A stretch of 33,542 bases of DNA from Opitutia bacterium (GTDB taxonomy: Bacteria > Verrucomicrobiota > Verrucomicrobiia > Opitutales > JANYEO01): the NCBI GenBank assembly GCA_025363025.1, contig JANYEO010000035.1, positions 1 through 33,542 of the forward strand, read 5' to 3'. Below are positions 1-8,585 of the stretch, piece by piece (position 1 is the first letter of the stretch; each line of letters opens with the position of its first letter). Position numbers and translations under genes: made by a program. The notes below the pieces were generated by a model. That model was not told the DNA's origin, searched no databases, and saw only the letters and a list, made by a program, of their open reading frames with translations.

Positions 1-1120
1 CACTTTGGACGGGCCCTTTGGCAATAGCGGCTTCTGCCCGCTTAAAGGCCATATAGGCCGTATTACTCTTCGGGGCCGTTGCTAAAAAAACCACCGCATG
101 TGCCAGATTAATCCCACACTCGGGGAGGCCTATCGCCTCGCAGGCCTGGAAGGTCGCCATGGCCAGTGGCAACCCCCGTGGGTCAGCCATCCCCACATCT
201 TCTGAGGCCAGTATCACTAAGCGGCGGGCAATAAAACGCGGGTCCTCCCCCCCGGCCAACATTTTGGCAAGCCAATACAAAGCCGCATCCGGGTCCCCCC
301 CGCGCATACTTTTAATAAAGGCTGAGGCCGTATCATAATGCTCATCCTCATTGCGGTCATAACGGATATGCCGCTCCAGCGCAAAGGCCTCCAACGCCTC
401 CTGGGATAACGGCGCCCCCAAGGGCAAACTTTGGACGACCACCTCCAGCGCATTCAAAGCTCGACGCAAGTCCCCCTCGCTAAAGCCTGCAATCGCCTCC
501 AAAACCCCCGGGGCAGCCTCACAGCGAAAGCCTCCAAGCCCCCTCTCCGTATCGACTAAAGCGGCCCCTAATACCTGGGTTATCGCCTCTACACTCAGTG
601 GCTCCAGGCGGAAGAGCTGGCTGCGGCTAAGTAGCGGCGCCGTTAGGTAGAAGCTCGGGTTATGGGTGGTCGCCCCAATTAAGCGGACATGCCCCGCCTC
701 AACATCCGGCAGCAACAGATCCTGCTGCGCCTTGTTAAAACGGTGGATTTCATCTATAAATAAAATGGGCCGCTCCTGCGGGTATTGGCGCGCAAGTCGG
801 AGGACGTCCCTCAACTCCGCCACATTCGACATCACCGCATTGAGGCGGATAAATCGACTTGCTGTCTGTGCTGCGATCACCTCAGCCAAAGTCGTCTTCC
901 CGGAGCCTGGGGGGCCATAAAAGAGCACACTGCCCAATTGATTGGCTTTAATTAAACGCGGCAGCAGGCAATACGGCCCCACCAAATGGGCTTGCCCCAC
1001 TACCTCCGCTAGCGTACGAGGGCGCATACGGGTACTCAGCGGCCGATAAGCTCCCCCTTCAGCCTGAGGCACCGCCGGGGTTGCAAAAAAATCCGACTGG
1101 TTATCCTGTGAGCCTGGCAT
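1..1120 (-). CDS. rarA: Replication-associated recombination protein A (RarA/MgsA, AAA+ ATPase); 3' end runs off the window
   Basis: Absent from the ORF track because no stop lies in the window. My minus-strand translation from the ATG at 1120-1118 gives MPGSQDNQ...LFYGPPGSGKTTLAEVIA (Walker A), ILFIDEIHRFNKAQQD (Walker B region), and GEDPRFIARRLVILASEDVGMADP...TAPKSNTAY (typical MgsA C-terminal motifs). Confidence 0.85.
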   Translation of the reverse strand, partial: MPGSQDNQSDFFATPAVPQAEGGAYRPLSTRMRPRTLAEVVGQAHLVGPYCLLPRLIKANQLGSVLFYGPPGSGKTTLAEVIAAQTASRFIRLNAVMSNVAELRDVLRLARQYPQERPILFIDEIHRFNKAQQDLLLPDVEAGHVRLIGATTHNPSFYLTAPLLSRSQLFRLEPLSVEAITQVLGAALVDTERGLGGFRCEAAPGVLEAIAGFSEGDLRRALNALEVVVQSLPLGAPLSQEALEAFALERHIRYDRNEDEHYDTASAFIKSMRGGDPDAALYWLAKMLAGGEDPRFIARRLVILASEDVGMADPRGLPLAMATFQACEAIGLPECGINLAHAVVFLATAPKSNTAYMAFKRAEAAIAKGPVQS

Positions 1121-1184
1121 GACAAGATTCCTCAACAAAAACTAGCCCGTGGCAAACGAATTCCCCAAATGCTCAGCAAACTGC

Positions 1185-2555
1185 CTACAAATTCCCTACT
1201 TGCCAAATTTCCGCAAGCAACCCCTCGCGGTTATCAATCGCAATCGGGATCACATTATCAATAACCACAGCCTCCATCGCGGCTAATAATAGAGTTAAGC
1301 CCAATAATAAATGATCCTTCTTATTCAGTAAAACTTGGGGCAAGCGCAGGGCCAAAACCTGTTTTTCTGGCATCTCCACTAGCTTCAAAATCGTACGCCG
1401 GAGCTGGTCTTGCGTATAACGAGGCGTCTGGATCCCTAAAATCGCCTGCACATAATGGTGCGCAAATAAATGGTGAATGAGCCCCACCCCGTACACCTTG
1501 CGCTGGGCTACAAAGTTGCGCAAGCGCCCCAACTCATCCCCCTCAAACCCTTTACGCGCCAAGGCCGGATACCCAGCGGCAAAGAGTGCATGCGCACACG
1601 CATAAGCTTTTTCAAAAATAGGCATCGTATCAATGGGTTGTCCTGCATCTTCCGCCTGCCACATTTCTATAAAATGAAAAAGCCCGCCATCACTGCCCAA
1701 AACACTCAGGCCCGTCGCTTCTTGGGCCGTCCACTGCATGCTCTTGCCCCCAATATCCCACGCCAACGCTTTATCTAAGGCCAACTGAGGGTGTCTATAA
1801 ACTAACCCCCGCAAAGCCAAAGCCCCCTCCTCCCTTTGAGACAATATGCGAACCGGCACCCCCCACGCATCAACGGCTACCCGTAACCGCTCCCCCAAGG
1901 GAGAGGCCCGCAGCCCAGCCGTCGCAATCGCCCGGTGCTGCAAATCATTCCCCGGGAAAAAAGCCTCAACCCCCCACTTAATAGCCACCCAGGCCGCCAG
2001 CCGCCCCGGCAAATCCCCCTCCTCATAATGGGATGGCAGCGGGATCGTCGCCCGAAAGTGCTCAAGCGCCCCTTTTTCAGGATCTGCCGGGTCTATATCT
2101 GCTACAAGCAGGCGCACACTGCTAGACCCCCAATCATACACCACATAGCGTTGCACGGGTGCCTCCGGAGGCAAGCACTGGGGTATACGCGCGCACTGCA
2201 GGTTCTTAAACTCTACCGGCAAAATGGCATCCAACGTGGTATTTTGGATCCCCGCAAACCAATCCGCCAAAGCATCGCCCCCCTCAGGGTGCATTAAGCA
2301 AACCGCATCTAGATTCAGTCTTTCATTCTCAAAAAACGCTCCCTCCTCCCAAAAAAGAGGCCTAATCGAGGCTTGTACCCCTATGCTTAAATTTAGCCCG
2401 CAAATAAAAATAACTCCCCAAGCTACCCATCGCCCCCACCCCCCTAATTGCAAAAATAAATACCTCATAAGGTCCACTAACAAAACAAATTTCGACAAAA
2501 GGGCGATGCCAAAAGGATGCAGTATAATGCAAAAACAACGCAGGCGGGCTCCCAA
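1185..2555 (-). CDS. Membrane-anchored ASKHA-fold phosphatase (Ppx/GppA family or GDA1/CD39-like NTPDase)
   Basis: 456-aa ORF. Motifs: VVYDWGSSSVRLLV, ATAGLRAS, SQREEGALALRG and WDIGGKSMQ. These are the phosphate-1, phosphate-2 and adenosine motifs of the ASKHA phosphatases. An N-terminal hydrophobic segment is present. An alternative start exists at the ATG at 2468 (MRYLFLQLGGWG...). Confidence 0.6.
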   Translation of the reverse strand: MGARLRCFCIILHPFGIALLSKFVLLVDLMRYLFLQLGGWGRWVAWGVIFICGLNLSIGVQASIRPLFWEEGAFFENERLNLDAVCLMHPEGGDALADWFAGIQNTTLDAILPVEFKNLQCARIPQCLPPEAPVQRYVVYDWGSSSVRLLVADIDPADPEKGALEHFRATIPLPSHYEEGDLPGRLAAWVAIKWGVEAFFPGNDLQHRAIATAGLRASPLGERLRVAVDAWGVPVRILSQREEGALALRGLVYRHPQLALDKALAWDIGGKSMQWTAQEATGLSVLGSDGGLFHFIEMWQAEDAGQPIDTMPIFEKAYACAHALFAAGYPALARKGFEGDELGRLRNFVAQRKVYGVGLIHHLFAHHYVQAILGIQTPRYTQDQLRRTILKLVEMPEKQVLALRLPQVLLNKKDHLLLGLTLLLAAMEAVVIDNVIPIAIDNREGLLAEIWQVGNL

Positions 2556-2638
2556 TAAAGGAAACCCGCCTGCTGAAAAGCCCTAGAGCTTTTTTAGACA
2601 AAGCTTGAGCATTGCCGAAGCAACGCTAAACCCTGGCC

Positions 2639-3406
2639 TTAGAAGCGCCAGTTGAAGCCCATGTCCACCACGAGGGAGGTTGCTTCAGCATCTAGCTTGT
2701 TACGTACATCACCAAACTTGAACTCTTCGGTGAAGAAGGCACGAAGCCCTACTAACGCCGAGAAGTTATCGGTAATGGCATAGCCCATTTGGCCGAAGAT
2801 CTGGGCTGCGAATTCCGTGTGGCTGTCATGATCAGAGTATGAACCCGTAACCGTTTTTCCGCCCGTTTTTGAAGTTTCTGAATAACATATGTCCGTTTTA
2901 GTACGGGCAAAGTTAATACCGATACCGACACCTAGGTTGAAGAGCACGCGCTTCATCCAGTCATGGTCACAGCAGCCAAAGTCGGCCAAGCAACCATGGT
3001 AGCGGTAGTTTAACATAAGCGGCCATTGCTCCAACTTTGCATTAAGCTGATTGGTCGTCAGAATAGGATTACCCTTCGTATACCCCAATGCCTTGTTCTT
3101 AAAACTACCATTCAAACACTGATCGGCTTCACTACCGAAGTAGTTCAACTCAAGCTCAACGGCATGGTTCTTGTGGAAGAAGTAGCCTACATGCCCCGTT
3201 CCGCCCCAACCATTGAATTTATGGTTCGAAGAATAAACAGGTCCGCCTCCGACGTAGAAGCGGTGCATGGACATATCCCAATTACAGGGCATCATGCAGT
3301 TAGTAGAGCAAGATTGACTGCTAGCAGCCGCTTCAGCAGCTACAACAGCAGAAGCACCTAAACCGAGGAGGCTAGAGGCAACAATTAAGGAACGAAATAA
3401 TTTCAT
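2639..3406 (-). CDS. Cysteine-rich outer-membrane beta-barrel protein (OmpA-like/porin-type)
   Basis: Signal peptide MKLFRSLIVASSLLGLGASAVVAAEA. Alternating amphipathic strands. C-terminal ...MGFNWRF with a terminal aromatic, typical of OMPs. Cys clusters: SCSTNCMMPCNW and GCLADFGCCDHDW. Confidence 0.7.
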   Translation of the reverse strand: MKLFRSLIVASSLLGLGASAVVAAEAAASSQSCSTNCMMPCNWDMSMHRFYVGGGPVYSSNHKFNGWGGTGHVGYFFHKNHAVELELNYFGSEADQCLNGSFKNKALGYTKGNPILTTNQLNAKLEQWPLMLNYRYHGCLADFGCCDHDWMKRVLFNLGVGIGINFARTKTDICYSETSKTGGKTVTGSYSDHDSHTEFAAQIFGQMGYAITDNFSALVGLRAFFTEEFKFGDVRNKLDAEATSLVVDMGFNWRF

Positions 3407-3462
3407 AGTAATAGGGTACTAGAGGTTAATTTTATAGATAATAGTATAACAAATAATCAGTT

Positions 3463-4434
3463 TTACTCGTCGTCACTGATTTCGAGGTAGTCGCAAGCAA
3501 TTTTACCACTGTTGCAATCTCTGGCATAAGTAGCCCAAGTTTGGTGAGCAGCTGCGTTTAACATGTCAGTGTTAGCATTAGAGTTGTAGTCAATCGCGCT
3601 GCCGGTACCAGGCGTTACCGCTGATTGGATATCAGCTAAACCAAAACCCTTGAGCGTGACTTGAGCAGGAGTAGCACCTAAGGCTATGCTTGAAGCTGAA
3701 GTTGCACTAGTAGCCGTACATGTAATAGCCGTACCTGTCGTAACAGCCGCACCCACTGCTGCAGGCGCACCCACGGCATCAGTAAAGACTTCTACGATTT
3801 GGTAGCTACCATCTGCACAGGCCATAAAACGGCCATGTACAAAGAGCGGGCATTGAAGCGAAACAATCTCATTACCGGCACCCACTAACCCAACTGGAAC
3901 ATTTCCAGTAGGAACAGTGACACCAAAGAAATTTGCCCCCGCATTGGTTGTTGAATTCCAAAAAGGTAACCCGAAAGGTGTATCTTGAAGAGTCCCAACA
4001 GTAAGCGCAGGGAACGCCACAGTTTGTGATTTAATGGGCATCGAGACAACATCGGCAAAGGCCAACGTGCAAGTGCTGCTAGCTGCGACCGTGTTATCAG
4101 CTAATTTGAGAGATGCTGAAAATTTCAACTCAGCTTTATCTGTTTGAAGGCAATTTAGCAAATGATTGCCAGCAGCTTCCTCTGTCACGCAATGCTGACT
4201 TACGCCACCTGTCTTAAAGATATGATTTAAGCTCAGTGTCGGCACGCCTTCTATTGTAAATGCAAGCGTATCGGTGGCAGTAGTAATCAAAATAGGGGCT
4301 GCAAACACACAATTAACCACTGGCAACACAGCACCGTTATGGTTAAGCGTAAAATCTGACTCGTAGATTGCGTCGCAAGCAGCTAAAAGGCTACGGTTTT
4401 CGAGAGACTCATGGTTGAGTTTCATTTGTTTCAT
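3463..4434 (-). CDS. Hypothetical Ala/Thr/Gly/Val-rich surface or secreted protein with N-terminal LENRSLLAA motif
   Basis: 323-aa intact ORF that starts MKQMKLNHESLENRSLLAACD. The composition is low-complexity and beta-rich. The C-terminus is acidic (LEISDDE). No recognisable catalytic motif. Confidence 0.5.
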   Translation of the reverse strand: MKQMKLNHESLENRSLLAACDAIYESDFTLNHNGAVLPVVNCVFAAPILITTATDTLAFTIEGVPTLSLNHIFKTGGVSQHCVTEEAAGNHLLNCLQTDKAELKFSASLKLADNTVAASSTCTLAFADVVSMPIKSQTVAFPALTVGTLQDTPFGLPFWNSTTNAGANFFGVTVPTGNVPVGLVGAGNEIVSLQCPLFVHGRFMACADGSYQIVEVFTDAVGAPAAVGAAVTTGTAITCTATSATSASSIALGATPAQVTLKGFGLADIQSAVTPGTGSAIDYNSNANTDMLNAAAHQTWATYARDCNSGKIACDYLEISDDE

Positions 4435-4734
4435 TATGGATAGAATGAGGTTGGGTTTCGTTTTTTGAGGTTAAGCTTAGTTTTGAGGCCAAGCTTTTAC
4501 TGAGGGGTTATGAGTTAGCAGGGTGCCATCTAACAATCCTTAAGCAATGACGCAGAGTGTGAAGGCTTTCTTTAAAAAAGCAAATCCAAGTATAATGTAT
4601 CTTTAAATATAACGTTTTCTTCACCCCATAATACCACTCTTGAATACCTAAAAATACATACCAAAACCTCCTAGACCAACCCCTTACAAATCCTCTGCTC
4701 TAATAAACAACTAAAAAAATCGCACGCTTACAGT

Positions 4735-4859
4735 GAGACCGATTGCATAATGCCTTTCTTTTGAGTTTTTGGTCGGTTGTCGTTCCTCGAGTACCGCATG
4801 TACACTCGTCGCTTCGCCCTACAAATTCCTCAAAATCAAAACATGCTGCAATCGGTCTC
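4735..4859. repeat. Type-1 long palindromic intergenic repeat (about 125 bp), inverted orientation relative to copies at 24426 and 26662
   Basis: The termini gagaccgattgca...tgcaatcggtctc are self-complementary. The interior matches the reverse complement of 26662-26784 along most of its length (e.g. ctacaaattcctcaaaatcaaa / tttgattttgaggaatttgtag). Confidence 0.8.
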
Positions 4860-4926
4860 TTCATGATCTCGAAAGTTCAAAAATTGAAATATTTTTCAAC
4901 TCAGACTGCGTTAGCAGTCCGGACTC

Positions 4927-4957
4927 GCGCAGCGTGAGGCCCTGCCTCACGCTGCGC
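4927..4957. other. Perfect 13-bp GC-rich stem-loop (gcgcagcgtgagg-ccctg-cctcacgctgcgc)
   Basis: Read directly from the sequence. It is intergenic, downstream of tkt on the minus strand. There is no flanking T-run, so the terminator role is uncertain. Confidence 0.6.
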
Positions 4958-5107
4958 CTTATACCAAAAAACAGCGATTTCCTTCCTGGAGCATCTCTCA
5001 TTGTTCCCCTGATGTTTTCTCTTCACCCTTGAATAGGCCCCCTCTCCAACAACTCGGTTGATTCGTTAAAATAATCCGCATTTTTGGAAAAAATTATAAG
5101 GAAAAAA

Positions 5108-5189
5108 GCATTTCCATCGAGTGGAAGCGCGCGGAGCGTACGTTTTAGTACGTGAGCACGGTGATACTCGAAGGAATTCAAAAGCATGC
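5108..5189. repeat. Type-2 palindromic intergenic repeat
   Basis: Contains the conserved core gcgcgcggagcgtacgttttagtacgtgagcacggtga, shared with 24321-24410, 27788-27887 and 30766-30867 (reverse), and in diverged form with 23671-23770. It lies just 3' of the tkt stop. Confidence 0.8.
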
Positions 5190-5204
5190 ATTCTCTCATC
5201 GGTC

Positions 5205-7256
5205 TTAAGTGCCACACGCCGCATCGACCAGCGCCACCGTATCATCCAAATCACACGCCCCATTTTCCGTACACACCCCCTGGGCTACTTTAATAAAATG
5301 CTCCGCCGTCATCCCTAGCTCCCGCAGGACGGTGTCACCTGGGGCACTCATGCCAAAGCGGTCAATCCCAATCACACGGCCACTATCCCCCACATAGCGG
5401 TGCCACAAGGCCGTCACCCCCGCCTCCATGGCTATCCGGGCCCGGCAACTAGGCGGCAATACCTCGTCTCGGTAAGCCTGAGGCTGCCGGTCAAATCGCT
5501 CAAAACACGGCAAGGAGACAACCCGCGTCCCCGCTCCTAGTGTCTCAGCCGCGGTAAAGGCATGCTGCAGCTCACTCCCTGTCGCCATCAAAATACGCTC
5601 TAGGGGGGCCGTCTCTTTTTTCGCAATATAGCCGCCTTTTAATACCCCCTGCCGCCGCGTTTCTACCGGTACACTATCTAAAAGAGGCAAATCTTGCCGG
5701 GAAAGACTAAGCGCCGTCGGCCCATCCTTGCGCTGCAAAGCCGCCACATAGGCTCCAGCCGTCTCCTCCGCATCCGCAGGCCGTATCACATCTAAATTCG
5801 GGATAAGGCGCAAAGACGACACCGTCTCCACCGGCTCATGCGTGGGCCCATCTTCCCCAACCGCTACAGAGTCATGTGTCCAAATATAAAATACCGGTAA
5901 CTTCGCCAAAGCCGCCAACCGTACCGACGGCCTCATATAGTCGGAAAAGGTAAGAAAAGTCGCCCCGGAAACGCGAAAGAAGCCGTCATACGCAATCCCG
6001 TTCATCGTAGCCCCCATCGCATGCTCACGGATACCCCAGTGGATGTTCCGCCCTAGGGGGTTCTCCCGGTCAAAGTCTCCTACCCCTGCGATCAAATTCT
6101 TGGTAGAGCCATGCAGGTCCGCACTGCCACTTAAAACGAGCGGCATCGCCTCGGCAATTTTCTGGAGCACTTCCCCCCCGGCAGAGCGGGTCGCCACCTT
6201 CTTGCCCGCTGGGAAGGCCGGTATCTTGGCAGATAAATCCGCCGGCGTCATATGCGCCAAAGCCCCTTCTAGTAATTGCGCTTTCTCCGCATTAGCCGCC
6301 TTCCACGCCGTATAAGTGGCAAGCCACGTATTATAAGCCGCTACCTGCTTGGCCTTATGCTCAGCAAAATAACCCCGCACCTCGGGGGATACATAAAAAA
6401 GCTCCTCCGGTAGCCCCAATGCCTTCCGGGCCGCGGAGACAAACTTTACGCCGCCCTCCCCATGGGCCTTGCACGTCCCCGCTACCTCAGGTATACCCCG
6501 GCCAATCTGCGTACGCGCTACAATAAACTTAGGCCGCCCATTTTTAGCCGCCTTTGCCCGTTCAAACACTGCAAAAAAAGCCTCCATATCATGTCCATCC
6601 ACCGTCTCTACATCAAAGCCATAAGCTTTAAAACGCAGGGCCGTATCCTCGCTTTGGCTTTTACTAGCCGCCGCATCCAGCGTCACATCATTGGAGTCAT
6701 AAATTAAAATAAAATTATCCAGCCCCATATGCCCAGCAAAAGAAGCGGACTCGGCCGCTACCCCCTCTTGCAAACATCCATCTCCGGCAAGGGCTACCAC
6801 ATGGTAATCAAGCAGCGTATGCTCAGCCGTGTTAAAACGCGCCATGGCCATCTTGCCAGACATCGCCATCCCCACTGCATTCCCCACCCCTTGGCCCAAA
6901 GGCCCAGTCGTACACTCTACCCCATCGGTCTCTCCAAATTCCGGATGCCCGGGGGTAATGCTGTGCAATTGGCGGAATTGTTTTAACTGCTCCAGCGGCA
7001 AGTTATACCCTGCCAAATGTAGCCAGCTATAAAGGAACATGCTGCCATGCCCAGCGGAAAGGACAAACCGGTCCCGGTTTATCCAACGGGGCACCTCCGG
7101 GTTAAAGCGCAAAGCCTGGCCAAATAATACCGCCCCCACATCCGCTGCCCCAAGCGGCAAGCCCAAATGGCCCGAAGCCGCTTTTGTTACCGCATCCATC
7201 GCCAAGCCCCGCGCATCACGGGCCGAAAGTTTTAATAGGGGAAGATTAAAGTCCAT
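5205..7256 (-). CDS. tkt: Transketolase
   Basis: 683 aa. Motifs: [13 protein letters not shown], the ThDP-binding GDGCLQEGV(A)[20 protein letters not shown] and DRFGMSAPG. Length and motif order are typical of Tkt. Confidence 0.95.
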   Translation of the reverse strand: MDFNLPLLKLSARDARGLAMDAVTKAASGHLGLPLGAADVGAVLFGQALRFNPEVPRWINRDRFVLSAGHGSMFLYSWLHLAGYNLPLEQLKQFRQLHSITPGHPEFGETDGVECTTGPLGQGVGNAVGMAMSGKMAMARFNTAEHTLLDYHVVALAGDGCLQEGVAAESASFAGHMGLDNFILIYDSNDVTLDAAASKSQSEDTALRFKAYGFDVETVDGHDMEAFFAVFERAKAAKNGRPKFIVARTQIGRGIPEVAGTCKAHGEGGVKFVSAARKALGLPEELFYVSPEVRGYFAEHKAKQVAAYNTWLATYTAWKAANAEKAQLLEGALAHMTPADLSAKIPAFPAGKKVATRSAGGEVLQKIAEAMPLVLSGSADLHGSTKNLIAGVGDFDRENPLGRNIHWGIREHAMGATMNGIAYDGFFRVSGATFLTFSDYMRPSVRLAALAKLPVFYIWTHDSVAVGEDGPTHEPVETVSSLRLIPNLDVIRPADAEETAGAYVAALQRKDGPTALSLSRQDLPLLDSVPVETRRQGVLKGGYIAKKETAPLERILMATGSELQHAFTAAETLGAGTRVVSLPCFERFDRQPQAYRDEVLPPSCRARIAMEAGVTALWHRYVGDSGRVIGIDRFGMSAPGDTVLRELGMTAEHFIKVAQGVCTENGACDLDDTVALVDAACGT

Positions 7257-7479
7257 AGGTAAGCAGAAACCTAAACGATAAAATCCTAAAGATCAACCCT
7301 CACCTTTTACCTTATCTAATTTCACAAAAGCGCAAAAAGAACTATGTGGAACTATTTAAAAACCCGAAAACATGCATTATCTAGAAGCCGCGCACTCAGG
7401 TTGCATTGACTCGTCTAAACTCGAATGCTCAGGCCCACCTGTAAGGCTAACCCGCTCCACAATCTCAGAGGCTGCAACT

Positions 7480-8511
7480 TTATTTTAACTCATCAAGATC
7501 CTGAATGATCTCCTGCATCCTCACATGTACGGCTAAAGGGCTCGTATTAACATTATACCACCAGTGAAGAAGAGGCCCGTCATAGGCTACGTGGCTCAAA
7601 GGGTACCGCTCACAATGTACGGCTAATAACTCCGCTATTTTCATAACGCGCTCTCGAGACATTTGCTTAGTAACAGCCAAAGCCGCCTCTGTAAAAGCGC
7701 CTGTATGCATATCAAAATACCGATTTTCATCAGCCATAAAAATCGTCACATCCTCATAGGCTAAAGCCTCTAATGCATCTTCATCCACCTCCTGCTCATA
7801 ATCTCGCCACTTCTCCTGCTCCTGCATATCTGTGTCATCATCACTTATCCTATTATTATCCGCATAATTCTCTATAATATTAACCTGACTTCCCACTGGC
7901 TGCACTGGCTGAAGATGCAAAGTTGTATTCAATAATATATCATTAAGCGCCTCCTGAATACTCTTACCGAAAACAATACCACTACTCTGCTGCGAACAAG
8001 CCTCCTCGCAAACATCAAAATTCAACTGCTTAGACGATTTCCCCATTCGTTGATTCTCAATATTTACTCTTAGCCCTCTGCCGGGTTGCCGCTTCTTACT
8101 GAGTTGCTCCGCGTCAGGAAAGACTTTCAATACTTCCACTCGTCCCGCCTCATTCACCATGGCACCCACTCGCTCATCTACTATTAATTCAGGCACCTGT
8201 GAGCGCAATATACCCCTCTCACCAAATATACCGATTAATTCATTAATAAAATGCTGACCCATACCCGCATTACCAGCAAAATCTATCACATAGTCTAATA
8301 ACGCTGAACGGTCTTCTTCTGAAAGGTTTCTGTAATAACCCTTCAAATAACTTTCAATGACTGTGCCGAGGTGATTGTTTGAAAATTTAAATCGATCAAT
8401 ACGCCGCCAACAAACACGGGCCTCATCTGACATATTTGCGTGAGGAACGGCCCAAGCCCTCATAGGCATTGCCATCATCACCCCTATAAAAAATAACAAA
8501 CGTATATTCAT
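7480..8511 (-). CDS. Secreted hypothetical protein (AT-rich, acidic; effector candidate)
   Basis: The track ORF is 7480-8646, but its first 45 codons overlap the prfB 3' end. The internal ATG at 8511 gives a classic signal peptide, MNIRLLFFIGVMMAMPMRAWA. No recognisable domain. Confidence 0.55.
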   Translation of the reverse strand: MNIRLLFFIGVMMAMPMRAWAVPHANMSDEARVCWRRIDRFKFSNNHLGTVIESYLKGYYRNLSEEDRSALLDYVIDFAGNAGMGQHFINELIGIFGERGILRSQVPELIVDERVGAMVNEAGRVEVLKVFPDAEQLSKKRQPGRGLRVNIENQRMGKSSKQLNFDVCEEACSQQSSGIVFGKSIQEALNDILLNTTLHLQPVQPVGSQVNIIENYADNNRISDDDTDMQEQEKWRDYEQEVDEDALEALAYEDVTIFMADENRYFDMHTGAFTEAALAVTKQMSRERVMKIAELLAVHCERYPLSHVAYDGPLLHWWYNVNTSPLAVHVRMQEIIQDLDELK

Positions 8512-8585
8512 GTTATGAAAAACAAAGAAGAAGCAGCTTTTTTTAAAAATTGCGACGTCAATGCTATACATTTTAATTATTTCAT

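Noticed and set aside
4743-5318. Several 64-87-aa ORFs on both strands in the tkt downstream intergenic region
   Set aside because: They overlap each other, span repeat elements and the GC hairpin, and have no start context. I treat them as non-coding.
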